Source: Candidatus Binatia bacterium (GTDB lineage Bacteria; Desulfobacterota; Binatia; Bin18). From it: a stretch of 64,000 bases of DNA. Under the pieces are notes generated by a model that ran no database searches, was not told the DNA's origin, and saw only the letters and a list, made by a program, of their open reading frames with translations. Each line of letters starts with the position of its first letter. Positions within the stretch are counted from its first letter, which is position 1. Of this stretch, positions 21,722 to 29,895 are shown piece after piece. The stretch spans positions 32,001 through 96,000 of the forward strand of contig CAXXHG010000007.1 of assembly GCA_963666315.2 (NCBI GenBank), read 5' to 3'. The translations under genes and the position numbers were made by a program.

Positions 21722-22109
21722 GTTTATCGAAGCGGCCCTGCAAAGACCCAACTTCATCGCCTTTGTGGTGCTGTTTCTTTGGGGTCTTTTCATCATGAAC
21801 ACCCATCCAAACCTGGTGAAGAAACTGATCGGCATGTACATTGTCCAGACAAGCATCCTGCTTTTGATCGTCACAATTGGTGTCAAGCAGGAGGCAACCG
21901 TTCCCATCCTGCAGGGAAGCGACGCGGTGCTGTCCACAGCGGACCAGATGTCCCCGCCCAATTACACCAATCCCTTGCCACACGTTTTGACCTTAACGGC
22001 AATCGTGGTGCAAGTCGCGACCTTGGGCGTCTCGCTGGCTTTGGTCACCGCACTCTACCGGAAATACGGCAGCCTGGATGAAGACGAGATTCTGCAGAAG
22101 ATTGAATGA
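21714..22109 (+). CDS. mrpC: Mrp/Mnh antiporter subunit C
   Basis: NLVKKLIG, NPLPHVLTLTAIVV, YGSLDEDE. Confidence 0.92.
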   Translation: MIEFIEAALQRPNFIAFVVLFLWGLFIMNTHPNLVKKLIGMYIVQTSILLLIVTIGVKQEATVPILQGSDAVLSTADQMSPPNYTNPLPHVLTLTAIVVQVATLGVSLALVTALYRKYGSLDEDEILQKIE

Positions 22110-23602
22110 GCGACCATCTTCCTGTGATCCTGTTTTTGCTGCCCTTTGCGACGGCCATCTGCCTGCCGATGGTTGGTGCGAGACGGTCCGCTTGGTGTCG
22201 TCCAATGGCGTTGACGGCCTTGCTTGCCATGTGCGTCGTGGCAGTGATCAATGTTTGGATCGTTGTCGAGCATGGGGATACGCGGTACGCATTTGGCGGC
22301 TGGCCCATCAGTACAAGTCTGCCAGATCACCCGCTTGGCATCGAATGGGTCAACGATGGTTTGGCGAGTGCGATGCTCGTCGTGCTCAGCTTCCTGGCCT
22401 GGTTGTGTTTGTTCTATAGCGGACCTCTCACGCCACGGTCACTGGGTGCGCGCGAGGTCCTGTACTACGCCTTGCTGCTGCTCTTGATTTCTGGTTTGAC
22501 CGGGATTGTGCTGGCTGGGGATATCTTTAATGTCTTCGTGTTTCTGGAAGTTGCGGCACTGTCTGCCTATGGGCTGGTCGGGATTCCCGGCGGTCGAGCG
22601 CTGATTGTTGCGTTTCGATATCTCATCCTGGGAACGCTCGGTGCTTCGTTTTACCTGCTGGGGGTCGTTTTCTTTTATGCATCAACAGGCACCTTGAATA
22701 TGGCGGATCTCGCGCAGCAAATGGCCGCCAAGCCGGAATTGATGGCCTCGAAAGCGGTCATCGGCGGGACCACGTTTATGCTCATCGGTCTCGGAATCAA
22801 GATGGCGCTGTTTCCACTTCATGGTTGGCTACCCGGCGCCTATACCCGCGCTCCAGACTCGATTTCGCCGCTGCTCGCTTCCCTGATGACAAAAGTTGCC
22901 CTGTATGGATGGGTCCGCATCATGTTTTGGGTGCTTGGCGCTCGTGCGGAAATTGGGCAAGTCCACTTGCTGACATTACTAAGCGGACTGGGTTCCCTGG
23001 CGGCCGTGGCTGGTGCCCTGTTGGCATTACGCCAACAGGACGTGAAGCGGATGTTTGCGTATGGCGGCATTTCCCACGTCGGCTTGATCCTGATTGGAGT
23101 GAGTCAGGGGAACCAAACCGGCTTTGCGGGGAGCATGTTCTACCTGATCAACGACGCCGTCATGCAAGCTGGACTGTTCTTCATCGCAGGGGCGGCAATT
23201 CACCAGTATGGAGCGCGAACGGTGGAAGACCTGTCGCGTTTGCGGCGATCACCCTGGATGATCGGTGCGATCATTGTATTGGCAATGTCCATGATTGGCA
23301 TTCCACCAACCGGCGGGTTCTTTGGGAAATGGTACATTATCCTGGGTGCCATCGAAGCGGGCAACTATCTGGCTGTTGCAGCCGTCGTTGTCGCTACGTT
23401 GTTGACGATGGCGTATTTTCAACGCGTGTTCGTCCGCATTTTTGACGACACTCAAGAGTCGTCAACCACGGACGATGCTGACATGCATCCGGCCCTGAAA
23501 CTGAGTATGGGACTGACCGCGGGAGCGGTCATTGCCTTGGGGTTCTGGAGCGACCCCATAATCAGGTTTTTCCGGGAAGTGGCTGCAACCGCTGGCCTGT
23601 GA
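22106..23602 (+). CDS. mrpD: Mrp subunit D (antiporter-like proton-conducting subunit)
   Basis: DIFNVFVFLEV, IKMALFPLHGWLPGAY, KRMFAY, GIPPTGGFFGKW. Confidence 0.9.
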   Translation: MSDHLPVILFLLPFATAICLPMVGARRSAWCRPMALTALLAMCVVAVINVWIVVEHGDTRYAFGGWPISTSLPDHPLGIEWVNDGLASAMLVVLSFLAWLCLFYSGPLTPRSLGAREVLYYALLLLLISGLTGIVLAGDIFNVFVFLEVAALSAYGLVGIPGGRALIVAFRYLILGTLGASFYLLGVVFFYASTGTLNMADLAQQMAAKPELMASKAVIGGTTFMLIGLGIKMALFPLHGWLPGAYTRAPDSISPLLASLMTKVALYGWVRIMFWVLGARAEIGQVHLLTLLSGLGSLAAVAGALLALRQQDVKRMFAYGGISHVGLILIGVSQGNQTGFAGSMFYLINDAVMQAGLFFIAGAAIHQYGARTVEDLSRLRRSPWMIGAIIVLAMSMIGIPPTGGFFGKWYIILGAIEAGNYLAVAAVVVATLLTMAYFQRVFVRIFDDTQESSTTDDADMHPALKLSMGLTAGAVIALGFWSDPIIRFFREVAATAGL

Positions 23603-23641
23603 CAAATTTTTATATCGAATTATATTAATGGAACAATTTTA

Positions 23642-25861
23642 ATGTCGGTTGTGTATGTCCTGATACCCCTTTTACCCTTGCTTGCCAGCATCATTATCGC
23701 GTTCGCCGGGCGGCGCTTGGGGCAAGACAGTGGTAAGCTCGGTGTGCTCGCGATCGGCATCTCATTTGCTTTGTCGGTCGCAGCCTTCGTTCAGGTCGTC
23801 CTCCAAAGTGACCCAATTGTCATCAGTCTGTACGAACTGCTTCGGTCTGGAAATCTGAGTGTCGAACTGGGCTTGTATGTTGACCAACTTGCTGTATTGC
23901 TGCTGCTGTTAGTGACCGGCGTGAGCCTTGTGGTTCACGTGTACTCCTCCCGCTACATGATCGGGGACGCGCGCTACAGCCGGTTCTTCGCTGTGATGGC
24001 CCTGTTTACTTTTGGCATGCTGACGCTAGTCATGAGTAGCAACCTGCTCATGATGTTCATGTGCTGGGAAGTCATGGGCATCTGCTCCTATCTGCTGATC
24101 TCCCACCAATCCGATCGAAAGGCGGCTTGCAACGCGGCGACAAAGGCCTTTCTCGTCAACGCCGTGGCCGACATTGGTCTGTTGTTCGGCATCATTCTGA
24201 CCTTTGCCACGTTCGAGACGCTGGATGTCCGGCAGATCCTCAGTCAGTCCGCGAGCGTCAGCGGACAGACCATCAACCTGCTGGCATGGGTTGGCTTTGA
24301 ATGGCACGTTCGTACGGTCACGTTGATCACGCTCTTGCTGTTTATGGGATGCTTGGGTAAATCGGCTCAGGTTCCATTCCATGTGTGGTTGCCTAACGCA
24401 ATGGAGGCCCCAACCCCCGTCTCGGCACTGATTCACGCTGCCACGATGGTCAATGCCGGGCCTTATTTGTTGGTTCGATTCAGCGACTTGGTACTACTGT
24501 CGCCTGCGGCGATGATGGTGATCGCCATTATCGGTGCAACGACCGCGCTGTTCGCCGCGATGGTCGCTCTGACGCAGAGCGATATCAAGAAGATCCTCGC
24601 CTATTCCACGATCAGCCAAATCGGTTTCATGATCATGACATGTGGCCTGGGGGCGTTTATGGTGGCTATCTTTCATATGTTGGCTCACGGATTCTTGAAG
24701 GGCTTCCTGTTTTTATCGACAGGCAACGAGCTCGCATCAGCCGGCTCGCACGCACACCACGTACCCACACGACCGAAACTGTTGTCGCCGGTATCCCTCG
24801 GGGCGTTGATCCTGGCCTGTGCTCCGCCCGCGCTGATCTTCTCGGGTCCATATGGGGCACTGTGGACGGTCCACAATTCGAGCGCCGCTCAGATCGCTTT
24901 CTGGGTGATCGGCTTGCTGACCGTCTTCTTCACGGCCATGTATCTTTTTCGCGGACTTACCTCGTTGTTTCAGCCAGCCACATCCGCGCTCGTTCAGCCG
25001 CGGTTCTTTTCCCCTTTGCATCTCGTGGCTATCATCGTCGGATCGCTCGGGTTGATCAGCACTTTGTTGGCGCTCTGGGTGTGGTTTGTACCGTTCCTGG
25101 CACCGGCAATAGCGACGCCATATCCACTCGTCGAGGGCTTCTGGCAGACGAGTCACGTGCCGTTGCTCGTATTGGCCCTGGTGGCGGCGCTGGCTGGCTG
25201 GGGCTTGGCGGCGCTGCTTCAGGCAAGACCCATGCTGTCCGCCGTTCCTCGCTTGCACTTCGCACAAACGATGTACGTGCTGTTTCTCAACAAATTCTAT
25301 TTCGATGAGGCGTATAGCCTGTACATCGTTCAGCCCATGGTCCGAATGGTCAAGTGGCTGTGGCGTGAGATCGACGTTGGCGTCATCAACGGTCTGATCC
25401 ATGGGATGGCTGCGAGGTTGGTTCGCTTTGGCCAGTGGCTGTGGGAGACAGTCGACGTTCGCGGTATTGATGACGTGGTTCGTCGTCTTGCAAGGAATAC
25501 TGTCCTTTTTGGCCGGTGGCTGTGGGAGACAGTCGACGTTCGCGGTATTGATGACGTGGTTCGTCGTCTTGCAAGGAATACTGTCCTTTTTGGCCGGTGG
25601 CTGTGGGAGACAGTCGACGTTCGCGGTATTGATCGCATGGTCGTCGAAGGTGGTCAACAGAGTGCGGGGCTATCCCAGTGGCTGTGGGAGGCAGTCGACG
25701 TTCGCCGAATCGAGAAAGGCGCGGACCAAGTAGATCGTGCAGCCGAAGCCAGCGGGAAGAAACTGAACGAAGTCGAACCACGGCCGATTCAAGACCACTT
25801 GGGTGTGTTGATCGCATGGTTAGTCGCGGTCATCCTGTTTTTCTATTGGCTCGTATTATAA
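23642..25861 (+). CDS. NuoL/DabB-like antiporter-like subunit with repeat-extended C-terminal lateral helix
   Basis: WEVMGICSYLLI, GKSAQVPFHVWLPNAMEAPTPVSALIHAATMVNAG, DIKKILAYSTISQIG, KFYFDEAY followed by WLW..D repeats and one final TM. Confidence 0.9.
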   Translation: MSVVYVLIPLLPLLASIIIAFAGRRLGQDSGKLGVLAIGISFALSVAAFVQVVLQSDPIVISLYELLRSGNLSVELGLYVDQLAVLLLLLVTGVSLVVHVYSSRYMIGDARYSRFFAVMALFTFGMLTLVMSSNLLMMFMCWEVMGICSYLLISHQSDRKAACNAATKAFLVNAVADIGLLFGIILTFATFETLDVRQILSQSASVSGQTINLLAWVGFEWHVRTVTLITLLLFMGCLGKSAQVPFHVWLPNAMEAPTPVSALIHAATMVNAGPYLLVRFSDLVLLSPAAMMVIAIIGATTALFAAMVALTQSDIKKILAYSTISQIGFMIMTCGLGAFMVAIFHMLAHGFLKGFLFLSTGNELASAGSHAHHVPTRPKLLSPVSLGALILACAPPALIFSGPYGALWTVHNSSAAQIAFWVIGLLTVFFTAMYLFRGLTSLFQPATSALVQPRFFSPLHLVAIIVGSLGLISTLLALWVWFVPFLAPAIATPYPLVEGFWQTSHVPLLVLALVAALAGWGLAALLQARPMLSAVPRLHFAQTMYVLFLNKFYFDEAYSLYIVQPMVRMVKWLWREIDVGVINGLIHGMAARLVRFGQWLWETVDVRGIDDVVRRLARNTVLFGRWLWETVDVRGIDDVVRRLARNTVLFGRWLWETVDVRGIDRMVVEGGQQSAGLSQWLWEAVDVRRIEKGADQVDRAAEASGKKLNEVEPRPIQDHLGVLIAWLVAVILFFYWLVL
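25354..25758 (+). repeat. Intragenic 81-bp (27-aa) tandem repeat, five units
   Basis: Units start at 25354, 25435, 25516, 25597 and 25678 (each GTGGCTGTGG); units 2 and 3 are identical in DNA; protein unit WLWETVDVRGIDDVVRRLARNTVLFGR. Confidence 0.95.
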
Positions 25862-25896
25862 CAATTTATAACAAGGCGCCCTGAAGAGTTGATGCT

Positions 25897-27387
25897 ATGA
25901 ATGAACACCTGCTGTCTTTGATTATTTCCGTTCCTTTTGTTGGCATTGTGGTCCTGGCATTCGCGCCAAGCGAGCCGTGGATGCGGCGAATTGCGCTTGG
26001 CTGCACGCTGCTGGCCTTCGGGCTCTTCCTGATTCTCTGGTCCGGGTTCGACCCCAATGAGCAGGGCATGCAGTTTGTGGAGCGTATGCAGTGGATGCCG
26101 ACATTCAACATTCAATATGCGGTTGGCGTAGATGGCATCAGCATCCTCTTGGTGTTGCTCACAACACTGCTGTCCCCTCTGTGCGTGTTGTGTTCGTGGA
26201 CTTCGATCACCTCGCACGTGCGGGCCTTCATGATGCTGATTCTCCTGGTCGAAGGCGCCATGCTGGTGGTTTTTACGGCCCTGGACCTGTTCCTGTTCTT
26301 TATGATGTGGGAAGTCACGATGATTCCTATGTACTTTATGATCATCCTCTGGGGCGGACCCGGACGGATTGCCGCGGGGTTGAAGTTCATCCTGTATAGT
26401 TTGACGGGAAGCCTACTGCTGCTCGTGGGGATTCTGGGACTTTACGTCCAAGGCGGACATACTTTTGACATGATTGCCCTGGCGGAGCAGACCTATTCTT
26501 CCACATCCCAGTTTTGGATGTTTCTAGCTTTCATGTTGGCCTTTGCCATCAAGCTTCCGATGTTTCCGTTTCACACCTGGCTGCCTGACGCCCACGCTGA
26601 GGCGCCCACGGCCGGCAGTGTCATTTTGGCCGGCGTGCTTTTGAAAATGGGCGGATATGGATTCTTGCGGATTTGTCTGCCGATCCTTCCCGATGCGTCA
26701 GCGAGCTTTGCTCCCTTTATGCTCTGGTTGTCGGTTGTGGCGATTCTGTACGGCGGGTTTATGGCCCTCGCCCAGGACGACATCAAAAAGCTTGTCGCCT
26801 ATTCGTCGATCTCTCACATGGGGTTCGTTACGCTGGGTATCTTCGTTTTCAATAGCCAGGGGATCCAAGGCGCGATTCTCCAAATGTTCAACCACGGGAT
26901 CGTCACCGGGGCGATGTTCCTTGCGGTCGGCGTGTTATACGACCGCACGCACAGCCGACTGATCGGGGACTACGGCGGGCTGCACAAACAGATGCCACGG
27001 TTTGTCGCCCTGTTTTGTGTTTTCTCGGTGGCATCTTTCGGGCTGCCGGGGACGTGCGGTTTTATTGGCGAGGTCCTGGTATTGCTTGGCACCTCAGAGG
27101 AGAGTTTCGTTCTGGTCTTACTCGCCATGGGAGGCATCGTACTGGCGGCGTCTTACATTCTATGGATGTTCCAACGAGTGGCGTTGGGACAGGCTGGCAC
27201 GCAAGTCGCCTCGCAGCTTTCTGACATCACCGTCCGTGAAACGGTAACTCTCGCGCCGCTCGCCCTGGTGGTGTTTGCTGTCGGCGTCTATCCACGCCCA
27301 CTTATGGAATTGATCGACGCCGGCGTCACCAAACTCGTGGAACTGACTCGTCAGGGACTGCCGCCCGAGATAACGGGCCTTTTCTAG
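25897..27387 (+). CDS. NuoM-like antiporter-like subunit
   Basis: GVDGIS, WEVTMIPMYFMI, KLPMFPFHTWLPDAHAEAPTAGSVILAGVLLKMGGYG, KKLVAYSSISHMG. Confidence 0.92.
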   Translation: MNEHLLSLIISVPFVGIVVLAFAPSEPWMRRIALGCTLLAFGLFLILWSGFDPNEQGMQFVERMQWMPTFNIQYAVGVDGISILLVLLTTLLSPLCVLCSWTSITSHVRAFMMLILLVEGAMLVVFTALDLFLFFMMWEVTMIPMYFMIILWGGPGRIAAGLKFILYSLTGSLLLLVGILGLYVQGGHTFDMIALAEQTYSSTSQFWMFLAFMLAFAIKLPMFPFHTWLPDAHAEAPTAGSVILAGVLLKMGGYGFLRICLPILPDASASFAPFMLWLSVVAILYGGFMALAQDDIKKLVAYSSISHMGFVTLGIFVFNSQGIQGAILQMFNHGIVTGAMFLAVGVLYDRTHSRLIGDYGGLHKQMPRFVALFCVFSVASFGLPGTCGFIGEVLVLLGTSEESFVLVLLAMGGIVLAASYILWMFQRVALGQAGTQVASQLSDITVRETVTLAPLALVVFAVGVYPRPLMELIDAGVTKLVELTRQGLPPEITGLF

Positions 27388-27399
27388 TTGGCCAGCTCA

Positions 27400-27513
27400 C
27401 TCGTCAACAAAGACCAACTACACGGTGAAGCCATGCAGCGGAGAGATTGGGAGCGGCTGTGTGAACTGAACGCGGTCCAACAGGTTAACGAGGATCTTTC
27501 ATATCCTGTCTGA
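27400..27513 (+). pseudogene. Possible remnant of a beta-carbonic anhydrase (Can-like)
   Basis: Translates LVNKDQLHGEAMQRRDWERLCELNAVQQVN, resembling the Can helix LCELNVxEQV; no intact gene. Confidence 0.45.
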
Positions 27514-27745
27514 ATGGGCCCCCTGAATCCGCCCAGAGCAGGAGTGCGAGAGAATCTGTCAAGTGTCACGCGTAAATCACATGCCTGTCAGTTCCCCCGC
27601 AACATTGTGTTCTATGTCCTTGCTGCCAGGCGGCTTGACATGGTCTGATTAGCCGCTCTTCTGCGTGAATCTCAACAGCTATTAGCAAGGGTATGGGTCA
27701 CTCTCCCCGCAGGCAGGTAAGACAGCGTTGAGATAAAACAGCCCT

Positions 27746-27774
27746 GTTACAAGACAATGGCAGTATTATGATGT
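27746..27774 (-). promoter_or_regulatory. Pho-box-like array (three units)
   Basis: Minus strand ACATCAT-N4-CTGCCAT-N4-TTGTAAC with 11-bp period. Confidence 0.55.
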
Positions 27775-27924
27775 ATGTGAAAATCCCGGGCTGGATTTCT
27801 ATTCAAATCCGAGGATGCAGCCCGGTAGGGAGCTCTAGCCTGTTGCCTGAAGAGCCTCAGCGGCAGGAGGGAAGAAGGCTTGCTGCACGAGCAGTAACAG
27901 TTCCGCAACGGAAAAAATTTTGCT

Positions 27925-28235
27925 TAGTCAGTGCTAGACGGGAGGTGTTTGAGTTCCTGTTGCTGCTTTTGCGAAGCCAAGACACCGACAACAATGATTG
28001 GGACATCACGGATACGGGCATTTTGATGGGTACGGATCTATTCGAATATCTTCTAGCCGCTTTTGAGGGGCAGCCGTGGTTCGAGGGTCGCCAGGTCGGG
28101 CACAAATGATTCGATGAGCAAGCAGGCCTGTCCCCCGTCTCCGGCCGCTTTAAAACAATAGCCGGCTTGCTCAAAGTTGTAGGTGATCAGGCTGGCAATA
28201 CTTACCTCATTCTCCATCACAAGAATCTTCTTCAA
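27925..28235 (-). pseudogene. Decayed response-regulator receiver domain
   Basis: KKILVMENEVSIASLITYNFEQAGY...PDLATLEPRLP; similarity continues past in-frame stops (RDVPIIVV); the phospho-Asp position reads E. Confidence 0.7.
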
Positions 28236-28306
28236 TGGTGCGATCCCTTCTAATGTGATCCAAAAACAAAAAGATCAATTCGAGACCGCCAAAAGATTTC
28301 ATTGAG

Positions 28307-28377
28307 GTGACGGGTCTATGAAGAAATTATGACCATGGCTTGTCGGCTGTTTCACAAGACCGTCATACTCTTTTCAT
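28307..28377. promoter_or_regulatory. Back-to-back divergent Pho-box-like arrays
   Basis: Minus 28307-28335: TGGTCAT/TCTTCAT/CCGTCAC; plus 28349-28377: GTTTCAC/CCGTCAT/TTTTCAT; both with 11-bp period. Confidence 0.65.
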
Positions 28378-28431
28378 CTATGTGAAGGAGTCAAGGCATA
28401 TAGTTCCAAGAAAAATGTATAGAGGAGAATA

Positions 28432-28638
28432 TGCGCAACAGGACCGTTTACCCTGCGGGCGGTGTTCTTGAGTCCTGAGTGGCATGAGCGTGTGCAACGT
28501 GTTGCTGGAGCCCGTGGTCCCCCACCCCATGAATTTATGCGTGAGGCCATTGAGCCTGAGATCGTCAGACGTGAGATCCTGATCGGCAAACAGAAGACCG
28601 GGAAAGCTAAAGAATCGCTGCCGATCATTCTTCACTAA
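28432..28638 (+). CDS. Small ribbon-helix-helix (CopG-like) protein; start uncertain or frameshifted
   Basis: Frame reads TLRAVFLSPEWHERVQRVAGARGPPPHEFMREAIEPEIVRRE; RBS GAGGAG with ATG 28431 is one base out of frame; in-frame GTG at 28462. Confidence 0.5.
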   Translation, partial: CATGPFTLRAVFLSPEWHERVQRVAGARGPPPHEFMREAIEPEIVRREILIGKQKTGKAKESLPIILH

Positions 28639-28689
28639 AGAAGTTGAAGGCTCCACTAGCATAGCCTGGACAACAACTCTTTCCTTCCT

Positions 28690-29052
28690 TCACCTGAGGC
28701 TCGACGAGGTGTACGCACATTTCGCACCTCGAACAGTAGAGGGCGGTTCATTGAAAATGACTTCTTGAACAAGCCCTGCAAGGTTTTCACGAGTTGCGGG
28801 GAGGCTTTCTTTCCCGCAACTCGTCAGTTCACAATAACGTCTAATCCGGCCACGGATGATCGTGGCCGGACTTCTCAATAATGTTGCCTGCTCTAACGAG
28901 TGGAGCAGAGGATACAGGCTGCCTGGGCTAATACGGTAGCCCAACCGGTCAAGGGTTTTGCTGAGCAGTCCACCATATGTCTCGCCCGGGCCCGCTTTGT
29001 AAAGGACGAATACCTTGACCATGCCCGAGTGTAGATATACAGCACGACCCAC
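28690..29052 (-). CDS. PadR-family transcriptional regulator
   Basis: TYGGLLSKTLDRLGYRISPGSLYPLLHSLE, RIRRYCELTSCG. Confidence 0.8.
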   Translation of the reverse strand: MGRAVYLHSGMVKVFVLYKAGPGETYGGLLSKTLDRLGYRISPGSLYPLLHSLEQATLLRSPATIIRGRIRRYCELTSCGKESLPATRENLAGLVQEVIFNEPPSTVRGAKCAYTSSSLR

Positions 29053-29080
29053 ATTTTGATGAAGGAAAAATCAATTCTGT

Positions 29081-29098
29081 GTGACAGTTGTGTTACGG
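29081..29098 (-). promoter_or_regulatory. Pho box upstream of the PadR gene
   Basis: Minus strand CCGTAAC-acaa-CTGTCAC. Confidence 0.6.
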
Positions 29099-29134
29099 AG
29101 AGCTTGTATGATGGGAAGGAAACGCCCATCAGTG

Positions 29135-29305
29135 CTAGCAGCTACTGGCCAGCGGCTTGGTCTTCTTGCGCGGCGCCTCCAAGAGCGGAGGAATGCGCGC
29201 AAATTCCTCGCGCGTGAGTTCACTCGGGTACTGATGCTTCACGCTTCCCTCCTCTTCAATCCGGAAGGACTACCACATCACCCAAAATTCATCTTGAACA
29301 GGTTC
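29135..29305 (-). mobile_element. IS5-family left-end remnant (terminal repeat plus 35-codon transposase stub)
   Basis: RBS GAGGAGG then GTG 29242, MKHQYPSELTREEFARIPPLLEAPRKKTKP (YPSD-type N-terminus); putative end GAACCTGTTCA at 29305 preceded by TAA. Confidence 0.7.
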
Positions 29306-29347
29306 TTAGATATCGGTGAAAAATTTATAGAAAAGGGATGGGCTGGA

Positions 29348-29584
29348 TTATTGAGCCGTTGTGACCGTTGCCTGCTGTTCGAGATGTTGAAGTGCCTTTT
29401 GCACATCTTCCGCCGATGCCTGAAAGCGTATCATGAGGGTACGGACATCGATCAAGTCATGCGGCTGGTGGCTAAGGTGTTGGATGAGACGTTGCGTCGG
29501 TTCGGAAGGACTATCAGAGCATACGGTCTGTTTCGGATCTTTATGTGGCATGTGTTTCAGGGCTCTCCTGTCTATTTTATCCAT
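29348..29584 (-). CDS. Small hypothetical protein, possibly HTH-like
   Basis: ORF with AGGAG RBS before MPHKDP; helical pattern LIDVRTLMIRFQASAEDVQKALQHLE; directly downstream of a four-unit Pho box. Confidence 0.6.
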   Translation of the reverse strand: MDKIDRRALKHMPHKDPKQTVCSDSPSEPTQRLIQHLSHQPHDLIDVRTLMIRFQASAEDVQKALQHLEQQATVTTAQ

Positions 29585-29621
29585 TCTATCTGAAATAGTT
29601 GTGGCGGAGAATAAGCGGCTT

Positions 29622-29661
29622 GTTACAAGAGTGTTACAAGATGGTGAAATCTATGTGACGT
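29622..29661 (-). promoter_or_regulatory. Pho box array (four units)
   Basis: Minus strand ACGTCAC-N4-ATTTCAC-N4-TTGTAAC-N4-TTGTAAC with exact 11-bp period. Confidence 0.75.
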
Positions 29662-29671
29662 AGAAAGATCG

Positions 29672-29721
29672 CAAATAAAAGAAAGGCCCGTGGGGTAAAG
29701 GAGGGGAAACCCACGGGCCTT
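29672..29721 (-). terminator. Rho-independent terminator downstream of mgtE
   Basis: AAGGCCCGTGGG...CCCACGGGCCTT stem followed by TCTTTTATTT on the minus strand. Confidence 0.75.
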
Positions 29722-29895
29722 GATACACGCTGAGTCGGGGAGACTCAACCGTGTAAACGTTCATGACAAGATTCTTATAGCATGTGAATATGATGTATGG
29801 AAGATAAGTCATACTAAATTATTTATTTTTTTATTATTAGATATATTTATAGTTCGAGCAGTCCGTACTACGAGGAATCTTTGTATCATCGCGAT

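Noticed and set aside
24737-25657. 306-aa minus-strand repeat ORF
   Set aside because: Antisense reading of the NuoL-like gene and its repeat
25354-25758. Regular repeats as a CRISPR array
   Set aside because: The period is 81 bp and in frame inside a CDS, the 'spacers' are identical or homologous, and there are no cas genes
23642-27387. nuoL/nuoM as part of respiratory complex I
   Set aside because: No nuoA-K or nuoN in the window; the context is mrp and dabA
29081-29593. 170-aa plus-strand ORF
   Set aside because: Overlaps a Pho box, the IS stub and the better-supported minus-strand ORF
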